Below, in pieces: positions 36,936-45,681 of a stretch of DNA of 64,000 bases. The stretch's first letter is position 1; each line of letters opens with the position of its first letter. This DNA comes from Gemmatimonadaceae bacterium (lineage in GTDB: Bacteria > Gemmatimonadota > Gemmatimonadetes > Gemmatimonadales > Gemmatimonadaceae). Both the position numbers and the translations under genes were made by a program. Below the pieces are notes generated by a model. It worked only from the letters and a program-made list of their open reading frames with translations. It did no database searches and was not told where the DNA came from. Location: positions 1 through 64,000 of the forward strand of contig JANRJP010000093.1 of the NCBI GenBank assembly GCA_033763905.1, in the 5' to 3' direction.

Positions 36936-37582
36936 GCGGCCCCACCGACCACGCGAGCCGCCCCAGACAGGAAGGGGTTGGTCGCGCGCTCGCGGCCGAT
37001 CGTAGTCGTCGGCCCGTGACCGGGATGCACCACGGTCTCGGACGGAAGGGACGCGATGCGGGCCAAGGACGTCTGCATCGCCGCGGGATCGCACATCGGC
37101 AGGTCGGTACGTCCGATCGACCCTTGGAACAACACGTCGCCGCTCAGCACGACGCCATCCCCGACGAACATCACGTGCCCCGGCGCGTGTCCGGGGACGT
37201 GCTGCACGGTGAAGCGATGCGCGCCCACCGACAGGACATCCCCCTCGCCGATCATCACGTCGGCCGGCGGCGGCGTCTCGACCGAGAGCCCCCACCGCGC
37301 GGCCGCCGCACCGGCCAGCGCCAGCAAGGGGGTGTCGGCGCTGTGCAAATGCACGGGCACCTGCGGATGCTGTCGCTTGATACCGGCGATCGCGCCGATG
37401 TGATCGAAGTGCGCGTGGGTCAGCCAGATCGCACGCAACGTCGCTCCGGCGGCCGCGACCGCCTCGAGCAGCCGTTCCGCTTCGTCGCCAGGGTCCACGA
37501 GCACGGCCTCCCGCGATGCGGGATCGACGAGGAGCCAGCAGTTCTCTTCCAGCGGGCCGACCGTGATGCCAATCGGCTTCAC
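36932..37582 (-). CDS. MBL-fold metallo-hydrolase (GloC/YcbL glyoxalase II-like)
   Basis: ENCW, VDPG, THAHFDHIG, PGHAPGH, GDVLFQGSIGRTDLP, PGHGPTTTIGRERATNPF. Confidence 0.92.
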   Translation of the reverse strand: MKPIGITVGPLEENCWLLVDPASREAVLVDPGDEAERLLEAVAAAGATLRAIWLTHAHFDHIGAIAGIKRQHPQVPVHLHSADTPLLALAGAAAARWGLSVETPPPADVMIGEGDVLSVGAHRFTVQHVPGHAPGHVMFVGDGVVLSGDVLFQGSIGRTDLPMCDPAAMQTSLARIASLPSETVVHPGHGPTTTIGRERATNPFLSGAARVVGGAA

Positions 37583-38571
37583 GCGCCGTGCCCCGCCGCG
37601 ATCGGCGCGGGCTTGGTCTCGCCAAGCCCGTGGTGCGCCAGCCAGCGTTCGGCCTCGAGCGCGGCCTGACAGCCCGAGCCCGCCGCGGTGATCGCCTGCC
37701 GGTAGTAGTCGTCGGTCACGTCGCCCGCGGCGAAGACGCCGGGAATGCTCGTGGCCATGCGGCCCGGCTGCACCGCGAGATACCCGGCGTCGGTGAGGGT
37801 GAGCTGGCCGTTGAGGAAGCCGGTATTCGGCGTGTGCCCGATCGCGACGAAGAGTCCGCCAACGCTGAGTTCGCGCTGCGCGCCGGTCACCGTGTCCGCA
37901 ATCGTGAGCCCGCGAATCTCCTGTTCCCCGAGCACCTCGACCACGCGCGTGTTCCAGAGCACTTCAACCTTCGGGTGGTTGAGCACCCGGTCGGCCATCA
38001 CCTTCGACGCGCGGAAGCTGTCGCGGCGATGGAGCACGTAGACCTTCGATGCGAACTTCGTGAGGTACATCGTCTCTTCCATCGCGGTGTCCCCGCCGCC
38101 CACGACCGCGAGCACCTTGTTGCGGTAGAACGGCAGGGCGCCGTCGCACACCGCGCAGGCACTGACGCCGCCACCCGACTGGGCCAGGCGCTCCTCGTGC
38201 GGCACGCCAAGCCACTTGGCATACGCCCCGGTGGCCACGATCACGGTGAGCGCCTGCACCGGCTCGGAGTAGTTCGGCGTGACGGTAAAGGGATGGCTGC
38301 CGAGCGCGACCGCCTTGACGTTTTCGGACATCACGCGCACGCCGAAGCGGAGCGCCTGCGCCTTCATCCGCTCCATCAGCTCGGGGCCGGTGATGCCTTC
38401 GGGAAAGCCCGGGAAGTTCTCGACCTCGGTCGTGGTCATCAGCTGACCGCCCGGCAGCACAATGCCCTGCGGCTCGCCCTCGTACACCACGGGACCGAGG
38501 TTCGCGCGGGCAGCGTAGATGGCCGCGGTCCACGCGGCAGGACCGGACCCGATGATGACGACGTTTTCCAT
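37579..38571 (-). CDS. trxB: Thioredoxin-disulfide reductase
   Basis: IIGSGPA, GGQLMTTTEVENFPGF, SACAVCDG, GGGDTAMEE, HRRDSFRASK, FAAGDV, RQAITAAGSG. Confidence 0.96.
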   Translation of the reverse strand: MENVVIIGSGPAAWTAAIYAARANLGPVVYEGEPQGIVLPGGQLMTTTEVENFPGFPEGITGPELMERMKAQALRFGVRVMSENVKAVALGSHPFTVTPNYSEPVQALTVIVATGAYAKWLGVPHEERLAQSGGGVSACAVCDGALPFYRNKVLAVVGGGDTAMEETMYLTKFASKVYVLHRRDSFRASKVMADRVLNHPKVEVLWNTRVVEVLGEQEIRGLTIADTVTGAQRELSVGGLFVAIGHTPNTGFLNGQLTLTDAGYLAVQPGRMATSIPGVFAAGDVTDDYYRQAITAAGSGCQAALEAERWLAHHGLGETKPAPIAAGHGA

Positions 38572-38617
38572 TCGACCCTCGTGAGACGTGCAGCGGACAG
38601 TGTGGCGCCGCCGAAAT

Positions 38618-39496
38618 CTACCGCGACGCCGCGCCCGAGAGGGGGAGCAGCGTCCACGCGCCGTGACAATGTGACACCGTGGCGACCAGCAGATGGTCCG
38701 GCGTGCCATCCCGGTCCGCCGCGACCTGCCGGACGGCGTCTGCGGCAAGTGCGGCGCCCGCTTGCACGGCGCGAACGTCGAACATCCCGACGCCATAGGC
38801 CCGGTGCGCGCAGTGCAGCACCACCGGCCCCGCAATGGGACGACCCCGCTCGCGTTCCGCGGCCACGTACGCCGCGACGTGTCGCGGCATCGACCAGGTG
38901 CGCGGGCCCGCGATCGCGGGGCACACGGCGGGCTCGACGCAGTTCACGGGGCACATCCACTCGGCGAAACTCACGTAGTGCGTGCCGTCCTCGCCCGCCC
39001 GCTGCCACGGCGTGCTCGGGATACGGGCGAGCGGCACCGGCCGCGGCGCCGCCCCGCGCTGCGCGTCGCCCGGCGTCTCGCGCTGCGTCTGGCTCTGCGT
39101 CTGGCTCTGCGTCTGGCTCTGCGTCTGGCTCTGCGTCTGGCTCTGCGCGTCGCCGATGCGGCGGGCAATCCACTCGGCCATCAGGTGCGGCATCAGTGGC
39201 GACGGCACAATCGCGTCGCGATCGTCGGCCGCGCGCGGCGTGGCGAGCCACTCGTCGAACCACGGGCCCCACTCCGCGCACGCCACGACCAGATCGGGCA
39301 CTGCCGGCGCCTCCCGCACCACGCGACACTGCGGGTCGCGATCAACGACGATCAGGCGCTGCCAGCTGAGGGCTCCAGCGGCCCGGGCACGCGCCAATTG
39401 CCGCACGTAGTAGGACCCGTAGCAGCCGCCGCCGACGACCACGACGGTCGCGTACGCGTGTGTGGGATCCTGCACGGGCACGGGAGACGTCCTCAC
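38618..39496 (-). CDS. Hypothetical protein: N-terminal Rossmann-like GGGCYG plus Cys/His-rich C domain
   Basis: VVVVGGGCYG...IVVDR beta-alpha-beta unit; WMCPVNCVEPAVCP, LHCAH, SHCHG; GTG overlaps SDR stop. Confidence 0.8.
   Translation of the reverse strand: MRTSPVPVQDPTHAYATVVVVGGGCYGSYYVRQLARARAAGALSWQRLIVVDRDPQCRVVREAPAVPDLVVACAEWGPWFDEWLATPRAADDRDAIVPSPLMPHLMAEWIARRIGDAQSQTQSQTQSQTQSQTQSQTQRETPGDAQRGAAPRPVPLARIPSTPWQRAGEDGTHYVSFAEWMCPVNCVEPAVCPAIAGPRTWSMPRHVAAYVAAERERGRPIAGPVVLHCAHRAYGVGMFDVRAVQAGAALAADAVRQVAADRDGTPDHLLVATVSHCHGAWTLLPLSGAASR
39083..39147. repeat. 12-bp tandem repeat (CTGCGTCTGGCT) x5.4, in frame
   Basis: Five exact units plus CTGCG; encodes (QSQT)n on the minus strand. 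Confidence 0.95.
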
Positions 39497-40221
39497 CGAC
39501 GCAGGTGCCGTCCCCCGTCGACGTGCACCATCTCACCGGTGATGTACGGTGCGTCCGCGAGCCAGCAGACGGCGTCCGCGATGTCGGCGGGGGTCCCCAG
39601 CGCCGCCAGCGGCGTCTCCTGCGCGAGCCGGTTCGCCAACTCGGTGCTGGCGTCGTCGGGCAGCAGGACGACGCCCGGTGCCACCGCGTTCACCCGCACG
39701 TCCGGCGCCAGCAGGCGCGCGAGACTGCGCGTGAGGGGATCGATCGCCCCTTTGATCACCCCGTGAGCCAGCGTCGTGGACTCGGTGTCGTACGCGAGGT
39801 GGTCGGCGATGTTGATGATGCACCCCTGCTGCTCCGCCAGATGCGGCGCCGCCGCCTGCGACAGCAGCAAGGGCGCCCGCAGATTCGTCGCGAACGACGC
39901 GTCGAGCTGCGCCGCGGTGAGCTGCCCAAAGGGGGTACGCAGCCAATTCGCGGCAGAGTTCACCAGCACATCGAGTCGTCCGAACGCCTGGAGCACGTCG
40001 TCGATCAGTGCTGCCGCTCCGTCGGGTTGTTCGAGATCCCGCCCGAGCGCGATCGCCTGACCACCGGCCGCTTCGATGCGCCGCACCGTCGCCTCGGCGC
40101 CCTCGCGCGACGCGCGGTAATGCACGGCGATTGCGCGCCCCTTCATCGCGAGCCCGAACGCGATCACCTGGCCGACCCGGGTGCCGGCGCCGGTCACCAG
40201 CGCGACCGGACGAGCGCTCAC
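39493..40221 (-). CDS. SDR oxidoreductase, pteridine reductase/FolM-like
   Basis: ALVTGAGTRVG, AVHYRAS, LVNSAA, NLRAP, IINIAD, RVNAVAPG, YITGEMVHVDGG; HGVIK at the YxxxK position. Confidence 0.85.
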   Translation of the reverse strand: MSARPVALVTGAGTRVGQVIAFGLAMKGRAIAVHYRASREGAEATVRRIEAAGGQAIALGRDLEQPDGAAALIDDVLQAFGRLDVLVNSAANWLRTPFGQLTAAQLDASFATNLRAPLLLSQAAAPHLAEQQGCIINIADHLAYDTESTTLAHGVIKGAIDPLTRSLARLLAPDVRVNAVAPGVVLLPDDASTELANRLAQETPLAALGTPADIADAVCWLADAPYITGEMVHVDGGRHLRR

Positions 40222-41081
40222 GCGGGCACCGCGCGTTCCGCGACGCGACGATCCTGCGCCGCGAGCCACGCCAGCGGAACCTGCTGATTGCCCAACTGCC
40301 GCGGCCCCTCGAATTGCCCGTGCCAGTCCGAACCGCCACTCAGCAGCAGCGCGTGTCGCTCGGCGAGCATAAACAGGCGGGCCCGATCATCGGGCGAGTG
40401 CCCGGGGTGCAGCACTTCCAGTCCATCGAGGCCCGCCTTGGCCAGCGGCTTCACCAGATCCTGCGTGCCCAACCGCCCGGGGTGCGCCCAGACGGCCAGC
40501 GCGCCGGCCTCGTGCAGCAGCGCAATCGCAGCGGCCGCGTCGAGTTTCTCTTTCTCGACGAACGCGGGCTTCCCCGCCCCGAGATACTTGTCGAAGGCCT
40601 GCCGCAGATCGGTGACGTAGCCGCGCGCGATCATGGCGCGCGCAATGTGCGGCCGCCCGAGCGAGGCCCCGTGCGTCTCGCGCAGCACATCGTCCATCGT
40701 CAGGGCGATGCCCAGCGCCCCGAGACGTTCAACGATGAGCGCGGCCCGATCCCGTCGCGCGTCGCGAATGTCCCGCAGCCGGTCTTCGAGCCACGCGGTC
40801 TCGCGCACGTGCAGGCCCAGGATATGCAGCTCACGCCCGTGCCAATCGGTGCTGAGTTCGACACCGGCAATCACCCGGAGCCCGAGGGGCGCAGCGGCGG
40901 CCCTCGCCTCGTCGAGGCCAGCCAGGGTGTCGTGATCGGTGAGCGCCATCGCGACGAGCCCAATGCGGTGCGCGTGCCGCACGACCTCGGCTGGCGGCAG
41001 CGCGCCATCGGACGCCGTCGAATGCACCTGCAGATCCACACAGGGCCCGGCCGGCGAGACCGCGTCGGGCGCCTGATTCAC
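40218..41081 (-). CDS. PHP-domain phosphoesterase (TrpH/YciV family)
   Basis: DLQVHSTASDG, ALTDHDT, GVELS, LHILG, GRPHIA, WAHP, GLEVLHPGH, GGSDWHG. Confidence 0.9.
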   Translation of the reverse strand: MNQAPDAVSPAGPCVDLQVHSTASDGALPPAEVVRHAHRIGLVAMALTDHDTLAGLDEARAAAAPLGLRVIAGVELSTDWHGRELHILGLHVRETAWLEDRLRDIRDARRDRAALIVERLGALGIALTMDDVLRETHGASLGRPHIARAMIARGYVTDLRQAFDKYLGAGKPAFVEKEKLDAAAAIALLHEAGALAVWAHPGRLGTQDLVKPLAKAGLDGLEVLHPGHSPDDRARLFMLAERHALLLSGGSDWHGQFEGPRQLGNQQVPLAWLAAQDRRVAERAVPA

Positions 41082-41338
41082 GAGCGGTAGCCGAGTTCGG
41101 GCGAGGTATCGGACGATTGTGACTGCGCGAGCAGCGCCTCGAGTTGCGCATCGGACATCTCGGCCAGCGAGGCCTCGCGCGAGCGCGTGCCGGTCGGCGA
41201 ATATCGCGCGAGTCGCACTGTGGTGCCGTCGGACCGGGTGAAGACCAGCGCGAATTCGTCGCGGTCATACTGGGTGATGCGCCCCGACGGCGTGACCCGC
41301 CACTCGACGCCGCGTACCACAAGTCGACGCGAGGGCAC
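41078..41338 (-). CDS. Small hypothetical protein
   Basis: 86-aa ORF abutting and overlapping both neighbours (WRVTPSGRITQYDRDEFALVF). Confidence 0.7.
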   Translation of the reverse strand: MPSRRLVVRGVEWRVTPSGRITQYDRDEFALVFTRSDGTTVRLARYSPTGTRSREASLAEMSDAQLEALLAQSQSSDTSPELGYRS

Positions 41339-41599
41339 TCAGCGGACTCCGACTTCGACGTAGTGCCGCAACGCGCCCGAGGGCGCGTCGGTGGTCGCGG
41401 CGTGCGCCTTGCTGAGCGTGGCCGCGTCGTTCGCTTCGCAGAACTCGACGAACGCCCCCGGCAACGAGGCCTCTTCGAACACCCAGTACCGGACATCGTG
41501 CGCCGAGTAGTGCGCCTTGCGGGCCGCGACCCGCGCGAGGAACGCCTCGCGCTGGTCCGCGGACACCGTGGTGCGCCCGATCGTCAGGACTTTCGGCAT
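41339..41599 (-). CDS. Small hypothetical protein (possible dimeric alpha+beta barrel/ABM-like fold)
   Basis: MPKVLTIGRTTVSADQREAFL...YWVFEEASLPGAFVEFCEA; ATG overlaps E2 stop. Confidence 0.7.
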   Translation of the reverse strand: MPKVLTIGRTTVSADQREAFLARVAARKAHYSAHDVRYWVFEEASLPGAFVEFCEANDAATLSKAHAATTDAPSGALRHYVEVGVR

Positions 41600-42936
41600 C
41601 AGGCCTCGGGGAAGGCCTCGCACGTCTTCTTGACGTGCGTGAGGAAGCTGTCGGCGTCGGCGCCATCGATGATGCGATGGTCGAACGACAGCGCGAAGTA
41701 CGCGCAGGTGCGAATGGCGATGGTGTCTTCGCCGTCCGGACCGGTCACGACCTTGGGTCGCTTTTCGATCGCGCCCAACCCGAGAATGGCGACCTGCGGC
41801 TGCGGAATGATGGGCGTGCCGATCAGCGACCCCTTCACACCGTAGTTGGTGATGCTGAACGTGCCGCCCTGCACTTCGTCGGGCGTGAGCTTCTTGGTGC
41901 GCGCGCGCTCGGCGAGATCGTTGATGCCGCGACCGAGCCCCAGCAGCGAGAGTTCGTCGGCCCGCTTGAGCACGGGGACGATCAATCCCCAGTCGAGCGC
42001 CACCGCCAGCCCGATGTTGATGCTGTTGCGGTAGATGATCTCGCTGCCACGCACCGCCGCATTGAGCACGGGATACTGCCGGAGCCCGCTGCACACCGCC
42101 TGCACGATGAACGGCAAGTAGGTGAGCTTGACGCCCGCCTGCTCGAACTCCCGCTTGCGCGCGGCGCGAAGGCGGCTGATGCGCGTGAGATCGACTTCGA
42201 AGACCGAGGTGACGTGCGCCGAGGTGTGCTTCGACTCCACCATCCGGTACGAGGTGATCGCCCGAATCTTGGACATCGACTCGACACGGTCGCCGGGCCA
42301 GGGCTCCGGCAACGGCGTCGGCGAGACGTTGCCGGGATTGGCGATGCCAGCCGGCGCGAAGTGCGACGCGCCCGGGGCCGGCGCCACCGCGGGCGTGCCC
42401 GACTTGGCCGAGGCCGCCCCCGATTCCAGCGCCGCGACGAGGTCCTTCTTGGTCACGCGGCCGGCGATGCCCGAGCCCTTCAACGTGGTGATGTCGACAC
42501 CGGCTTCGGCGGCCATCTTGCGCACGAGCGGCGACGACTTGGTGCGCAACCGTTCTTCGAGGCTGCCGGCGGGATGCGCCGGCGCGGCGGGAGCACTGGG
42601 CGCCGGAGCCGACGCTGCCGAGGCGCTCGCGGCGGGCGCGCTGGCGGTAGGCGCGGCGGCCGGCGCCGGCGCGGCGCCGGCGACGAAGGACGCCGCGTCG
42701 GTCTCGAGACGGGCGACCACCGTGCCCACCGGCACCGTCTGGCCCGGCTGCACCAGAATCTCGGCCAGCACGCCGGCGGCGGGCGCGGGGATCTCGGCGT
42801 CGACCTTGTCGGTCGAAATCTCGAAGATCGTCTCGTCGCGCTTCACCGCATCGCCGATCTGCTTCACCCACTTGGACAGGGTGCCTTCGGCGATGGATTC
42901 CCCCATCTGGGGCATAATGACGTCAACGCGGGCCAC
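41599..42936 (-). CDS. 2-oxoacid dehydrogenase E2 dihydrolipoamide acyltransferase
   Basis: Lipoyl domain MPQMGESIAEG...STDKVDAE, E3-binding SPLVRKMA...GSGIAGRVTKKD, catalytic DHRIIDG. Confidence 0.95.
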   Translation of the reverse strand: MARVDVIMPQMGESIAEGTLSKWVKQIGDAVKRDETIFEISTDKVDAEIPAPAAGVLAEILVQPGQTVPVGTVVARLETDAASFVAGAAPAPAAAPTASAPAASASAASAPAPSAPAAPAHPAGSLEERLRTKSSPLVRKMAAEAGVDITTLKGSGIAGRVTKKDLVAALESGAASAKSGTPAVAPAPGASHFAPAGIANPGNVSPTPLPEPWPGDRVESMSKIRAITSYRMVESKHTSAHVTSVFEVDLTRISRLRAARKREFEQAGVKLTYLPFIVQAVCSGLRQYPVLNAAVRGSEIIYRNSINIGLAVALDWGLIVPVLKRADELSLLGLGRGINDLAERARTKKLTPDEVQGGTFSITNYGVKGSLIGTPIIPQPQVAILGLGAIEKRPKVVTGPDGEDTIAIRTCAYFALSFDHRIIDGADADSFLTHVKKTCEAFPEA

Positions 42937-42946
42937 AGTCGGTCCT

Positions 42947-43228
42947 CTAAGTCTTGGAGCGGTCGCCGCGCGCGCTCGCGCGCAGACGCCAGAAAGCTAG
43001 CGACGGAATGAGCATCACGCCGAGCACGGCGCCGATGCCGGCGTAAATGTGCCAATCGCAGGCGGGGAGCCCCTCGCCCGGATTACAGTTGTTGTAGGAC
43101 CCCACGAACTTGCTCACCATCGTGCCGAGCATCCCGCCGCCGGCGGCGCCGACGATGGTCGTGACACAGCCCAGCGCCACGCGGGACGCCAGTTGCTCGG
43201 TGGGAGTCGGGACGTACTCGTCAGCCAT
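42947..43228 (-). CDS. Small two-TM hypothetical protein
   Basis: 93 aa, two hydrophobic helices flanking CNPGEGLPAC loop; between E1 beta and E2. Confidence 0.7.
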   Translation of the reverse strand: MADEYVPTPTEQLASRVALGCVTTIVGAAGGGMLGTMVSKFVGSYNNCNPGEGLPACDWHIYAGIGAVLGVMLIPSLAFWRLRASARGDRSKT

Positions 43229-43234
43229 TGCCGG

Positions 43235-44212
43235 TTACCAGGCGATCAGGTGCTTCACCGCCTTCACCACGTCGGCCGTCTGCGGCAACACGTAGTCTTC
43301 GAGCGGCGGCGCGTACGGCAACGGCACATCCGCGGCGGCGACACGCAGCACCGGCGCGTCGAGCCACGCGAAGCAGGTCTCGTTGATCCGCGCCGACAGT
43401 TCGCCCGCGATGCCGCCGGTCCGCGTGTCTTCGTGGAGCAGCAGGACGCGATGCGTCTTCTTGACGGTGGCCTGAATGGCCTCGTCGTCCAGCGGCAGCA
43501 GGGACCGCAGGTCGAGCACCTCCACCGACACGCCCTCCGCTGCCAACTGCTCGGCGGCTTCGAGCGCCTTGTAGACCGTTGCGGCGTAGGTGATGATCGA
43601 CACGTCGGTGCCGGCCCGCGCGATGCGCGCCTTGCCGATCGGCACCACGTGATCCCCGGCCGGCATCACGCCCTTCACGCGGCGGTAGAGATACTTGTGC
43701 TCGAAGAAGAGCACGCAGTCGTCATCGCGGATCGCCGCCTTCATCAGCCCCTTCGCGTCTTCCGCCGTGCTCGGGTAGACGATCTTGAGCCCCGGCGTGT
43801 GCAGGAAGGCCGCCTCCGGATTCTGCGAGTGGAACGGGCCGCCGCGGACGTAGCCGCCCGACGGGCCGCGCACCACCATCGGGCACGGCAGGAAGGCGCG
43901 ATAGCGTGCGGTCGCGACGTAGTTCGTGAGGATGTCGTACGCGCACGAGATGAAGTCGATGAACTGCAGCTCGCAGACGGGACGCATCCCCATATGAGCG
44001 GCACCGGCCGCGGCGCCGACGAAGCCGGCCTCGCTGATCGGTGTATCGATCACGCGCGACTCGCCGTACTTCGCGAGCAGGCCGTCGGTGACCTTGAACG
44101 CGCCGCCGTAGGCGCCGATGTCTTCGCCCATCAGGAAGACATTGGGGTCGCGCTGCATCTCCTCGTCGAGCGCCTCGCGGATCGCTTCGAGGTACGTGAT
44201 TTCACTCGCCAC
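43235..44212 (-). CDS. 2-oxoacid dehydrogenase E1 beta subunit (branched-chain/pyruvate type)
   Basis: GEDIGAYGGAFKVT, DTPISE, ELQFIDF, GPFHSQ, EHKYLY, DLRSLLPLD, LDAPVLRV. Confidence 0.95.
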   Translation of the reverse strand: MASEITYLEAIREALDEEMQRDPNVFLMGEDIGAYGGAFKVTDGLLAKYGESRVIDTPISEAGFVGAAAGAAHMGMRPVCELQFIDFISCAYDILTNYVATARYRAFLPCPMVVRGPSGGYVRGGPFHSQNPEAAFLHTPGLKIVYPSTAEDAKGLMKAAIRDDDCVLFFEHKYLYRRVKGVMPAGDHVVPIGKARIARAGTDVSIITYAATVYKALEAAEQLAAEGVSVEVLDLRSLLPLDDEAIQATVKKTHRVLLLHEDTRTGGIAGELSARINETCFAWLDAPVLRVAAADVPLPYAPPLEDYVLPQTADVVKAVKHLIAW

Positions 44213-45377
44213 CGGAGGTCCCCCAGGAGGCTGGACGTTCGTGCCGATCGACCGCCTTGGTCACGCCCTCGCGATACCACTCGGCGGGCATCACCGGCGG
44301 GTCGGCATAGACGCCCACCAGCGCGTCCGGGCCTTCGGGCATCGGGGAGCGTTCCGCTTCGTCGGTGGCGGCGTCGACCGCCGCCGCGATGCGCGCGTCG
44401 ATCGCGGCCAGCTCGGCGGGCCGCACCTTGAACTCGGTCGTCAAGCGCTCGACGTAGCGGTCGATGGGATCGTTGTTCGCCGCCCACCACTCGAGCTCGC
44501 CGGGCGGGATGTAGCTCTGATTGTCGTGCTCGGCGTGTCCCTTGCGGCGGTAGGTCACCAGCTCGACGAGGGTCACGCCCCCACCGCTCCGCGCCCGCTC
44601 CACCGCGTCCTTGGTCGCATCGTACACCGCCAGTACATCATTGCCGTCGGCCCGCACGCCGGGAATGCCGTACGCGGCCGCCTTGTCGCTGAACCATTCG
44701 CCGGCAAACTGCTTGCGATTGGGTGTCGAGTAGGCGTAGCCGTTGTTCTCGACGATGCACACCAGCGGCACCTGGTTGACCGCGGCGAAATTGAGGCCTT
44801 CGTGAAAGGCTCCGGTGCTCGTGGCGCCGTCGCCCACATACACGAGGACCACGCGGGGCTCGTTGCGCAACTTGAACGACAGCGCGACGCCGGCCATCAC
44901 GGGCACCATATCGCCCAAGTGCGAAATCTGGCCGACGAAGCCGCGCTCGAGATCGCCGAAGTGGATGTTGAGCTCGCGTCCGCGCGTGGGCGAGTCGCCC
45001 TTGGCCATATACTGCCGCAGGATCTCGAGCGGCGTGGCGCCCTTGACCAGCATCGAGCCCATATTGCGGATCAGCGGCGAGAGGATGTCCCGCGGCCGCA
45101 GCGCGTAGGCGGAGCCGACCGCATCGGCCTCCTGGCCGAGCGAGCGGAAGAGCCCGCCGACGACCTTCGTCTGCTTGTACAGGGCGACCAGGCGCTCTTC
45201 GAGCGTGCGGGTCATCCGCATCCACGAATACAACTCGAGCCGCTGGGCATCGGTCAGCGCCTTGCTCCACCGACCGAGTGGGGTGTTCTGCGGCAGACGC
45301 GCGAAGATGCCCGGCGGTACGCCGTCGGTCCTGGCGCTTCGACGCGGGCCGGTGGTGCGCTTCGGAGGCTTCGCCAT
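44202..45377 (-). CDS. 2-oxoacid dehydrogenase E1 alpha subunit (TPP-dependent)
   Basis: GQEA, TPP motif GDGATSTG...ENNGYAYS, VRADGND, YRRKGHAEHD, DPI. Start MAKPPK at 45377. Confidence 0.93.
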   Translation of the reverse strand: MAKPPKRTTGPRRSARTDGVPPGIFARLPQNTPLGRWSKALTDAQRLELYSWMRMTRTLEERLVALYKQTKVVGGLFRSLGQEADAVGSAYALRPRDILSPLIRNMGSMLVKGATPLEILRQYMAKGDSPTRGRELNIHFGDLERGFVGQISHLGDMVPVMAGVALSFKLRNEPRVVLVYVGDGATSTGAFHEGLNFAAVNQVPLVCIVENNGYAYSTPNRKQFAGEWFSDKAAAYGIPGVRADGNDVLAVYDATKDAVERARSGGGVTLVELVTYRRKGHAEHDNQSYIPPGELEWWAANNDPIDRYVERLTTEFKVRPAELAAIDARIAAAVDAATDEAERSPMPEGPDALVGVYADPPVMPAEWYREGVTKAVDRHERPASWGTSGGE

Positions 45378-45670
45378 CAGTACGACGCCTCGGAGACGTG
45401 CCGCGGATCCGCCGCGCGATGCACCTGCACGAAGAACGCCTTCAGCCCGCGATCCAGGCGACTTTCGCCCATCTGGTCGCTGTGCGCTTCGATGAAGGTG
45501 TAGTGGCCGCCTTCCATCTCGACGCGAATGCGCGCCGTGCCGATCGGGCCGGTGTAGCCGCGCGCGCGCTTGTCGCGGGTGGTGGGCTGCATCCCGATCG
45601 TGGGGAAGAATCGATCGGCGATCTCGAGGACCGCATCGGGCCCGAGTGACGTGCGATGAAAGTGTTTCAC
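45377..45670 (-). CDS. Small hypothetical protein
   Basis: (V)KHFHRTSLGPDAVLEIADRFF...EGGHYTFIEAHSDQMGESRLD; stop overlaps E1 alpha ATG. Confidence 0.7.
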   Translation of the reverse strand: MKHFHRTSLGPDAVLEIADRFFPTIGMQPTTRDKRARGYTGPIGTARIRVEMEGGHYTFIEAHSDQMGESRLDRGLKAFFVQVHRAADPRHVSEASY

Positions 45671-45681
45671 GGGGGCTGGGA

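Noticed and set aside
39083..39147. Tandem repeat as a CRISPR array
   Set aside because: 12-bp head-to-tail units with no spacers, inside a CDS, and no cas genes.
41339..42871. 510-aa ORF overlapping E2, suggesting a frameshift fusion
   Set aside because: Only the last 86 codons (from ATG 41599) look protein-like; the rest is an alternate frame of E2 and no slippery site was seen. The same applies to upstream extensions of ssb, rimI, pyrF, E1 alpha and the DUF4149 ORF.
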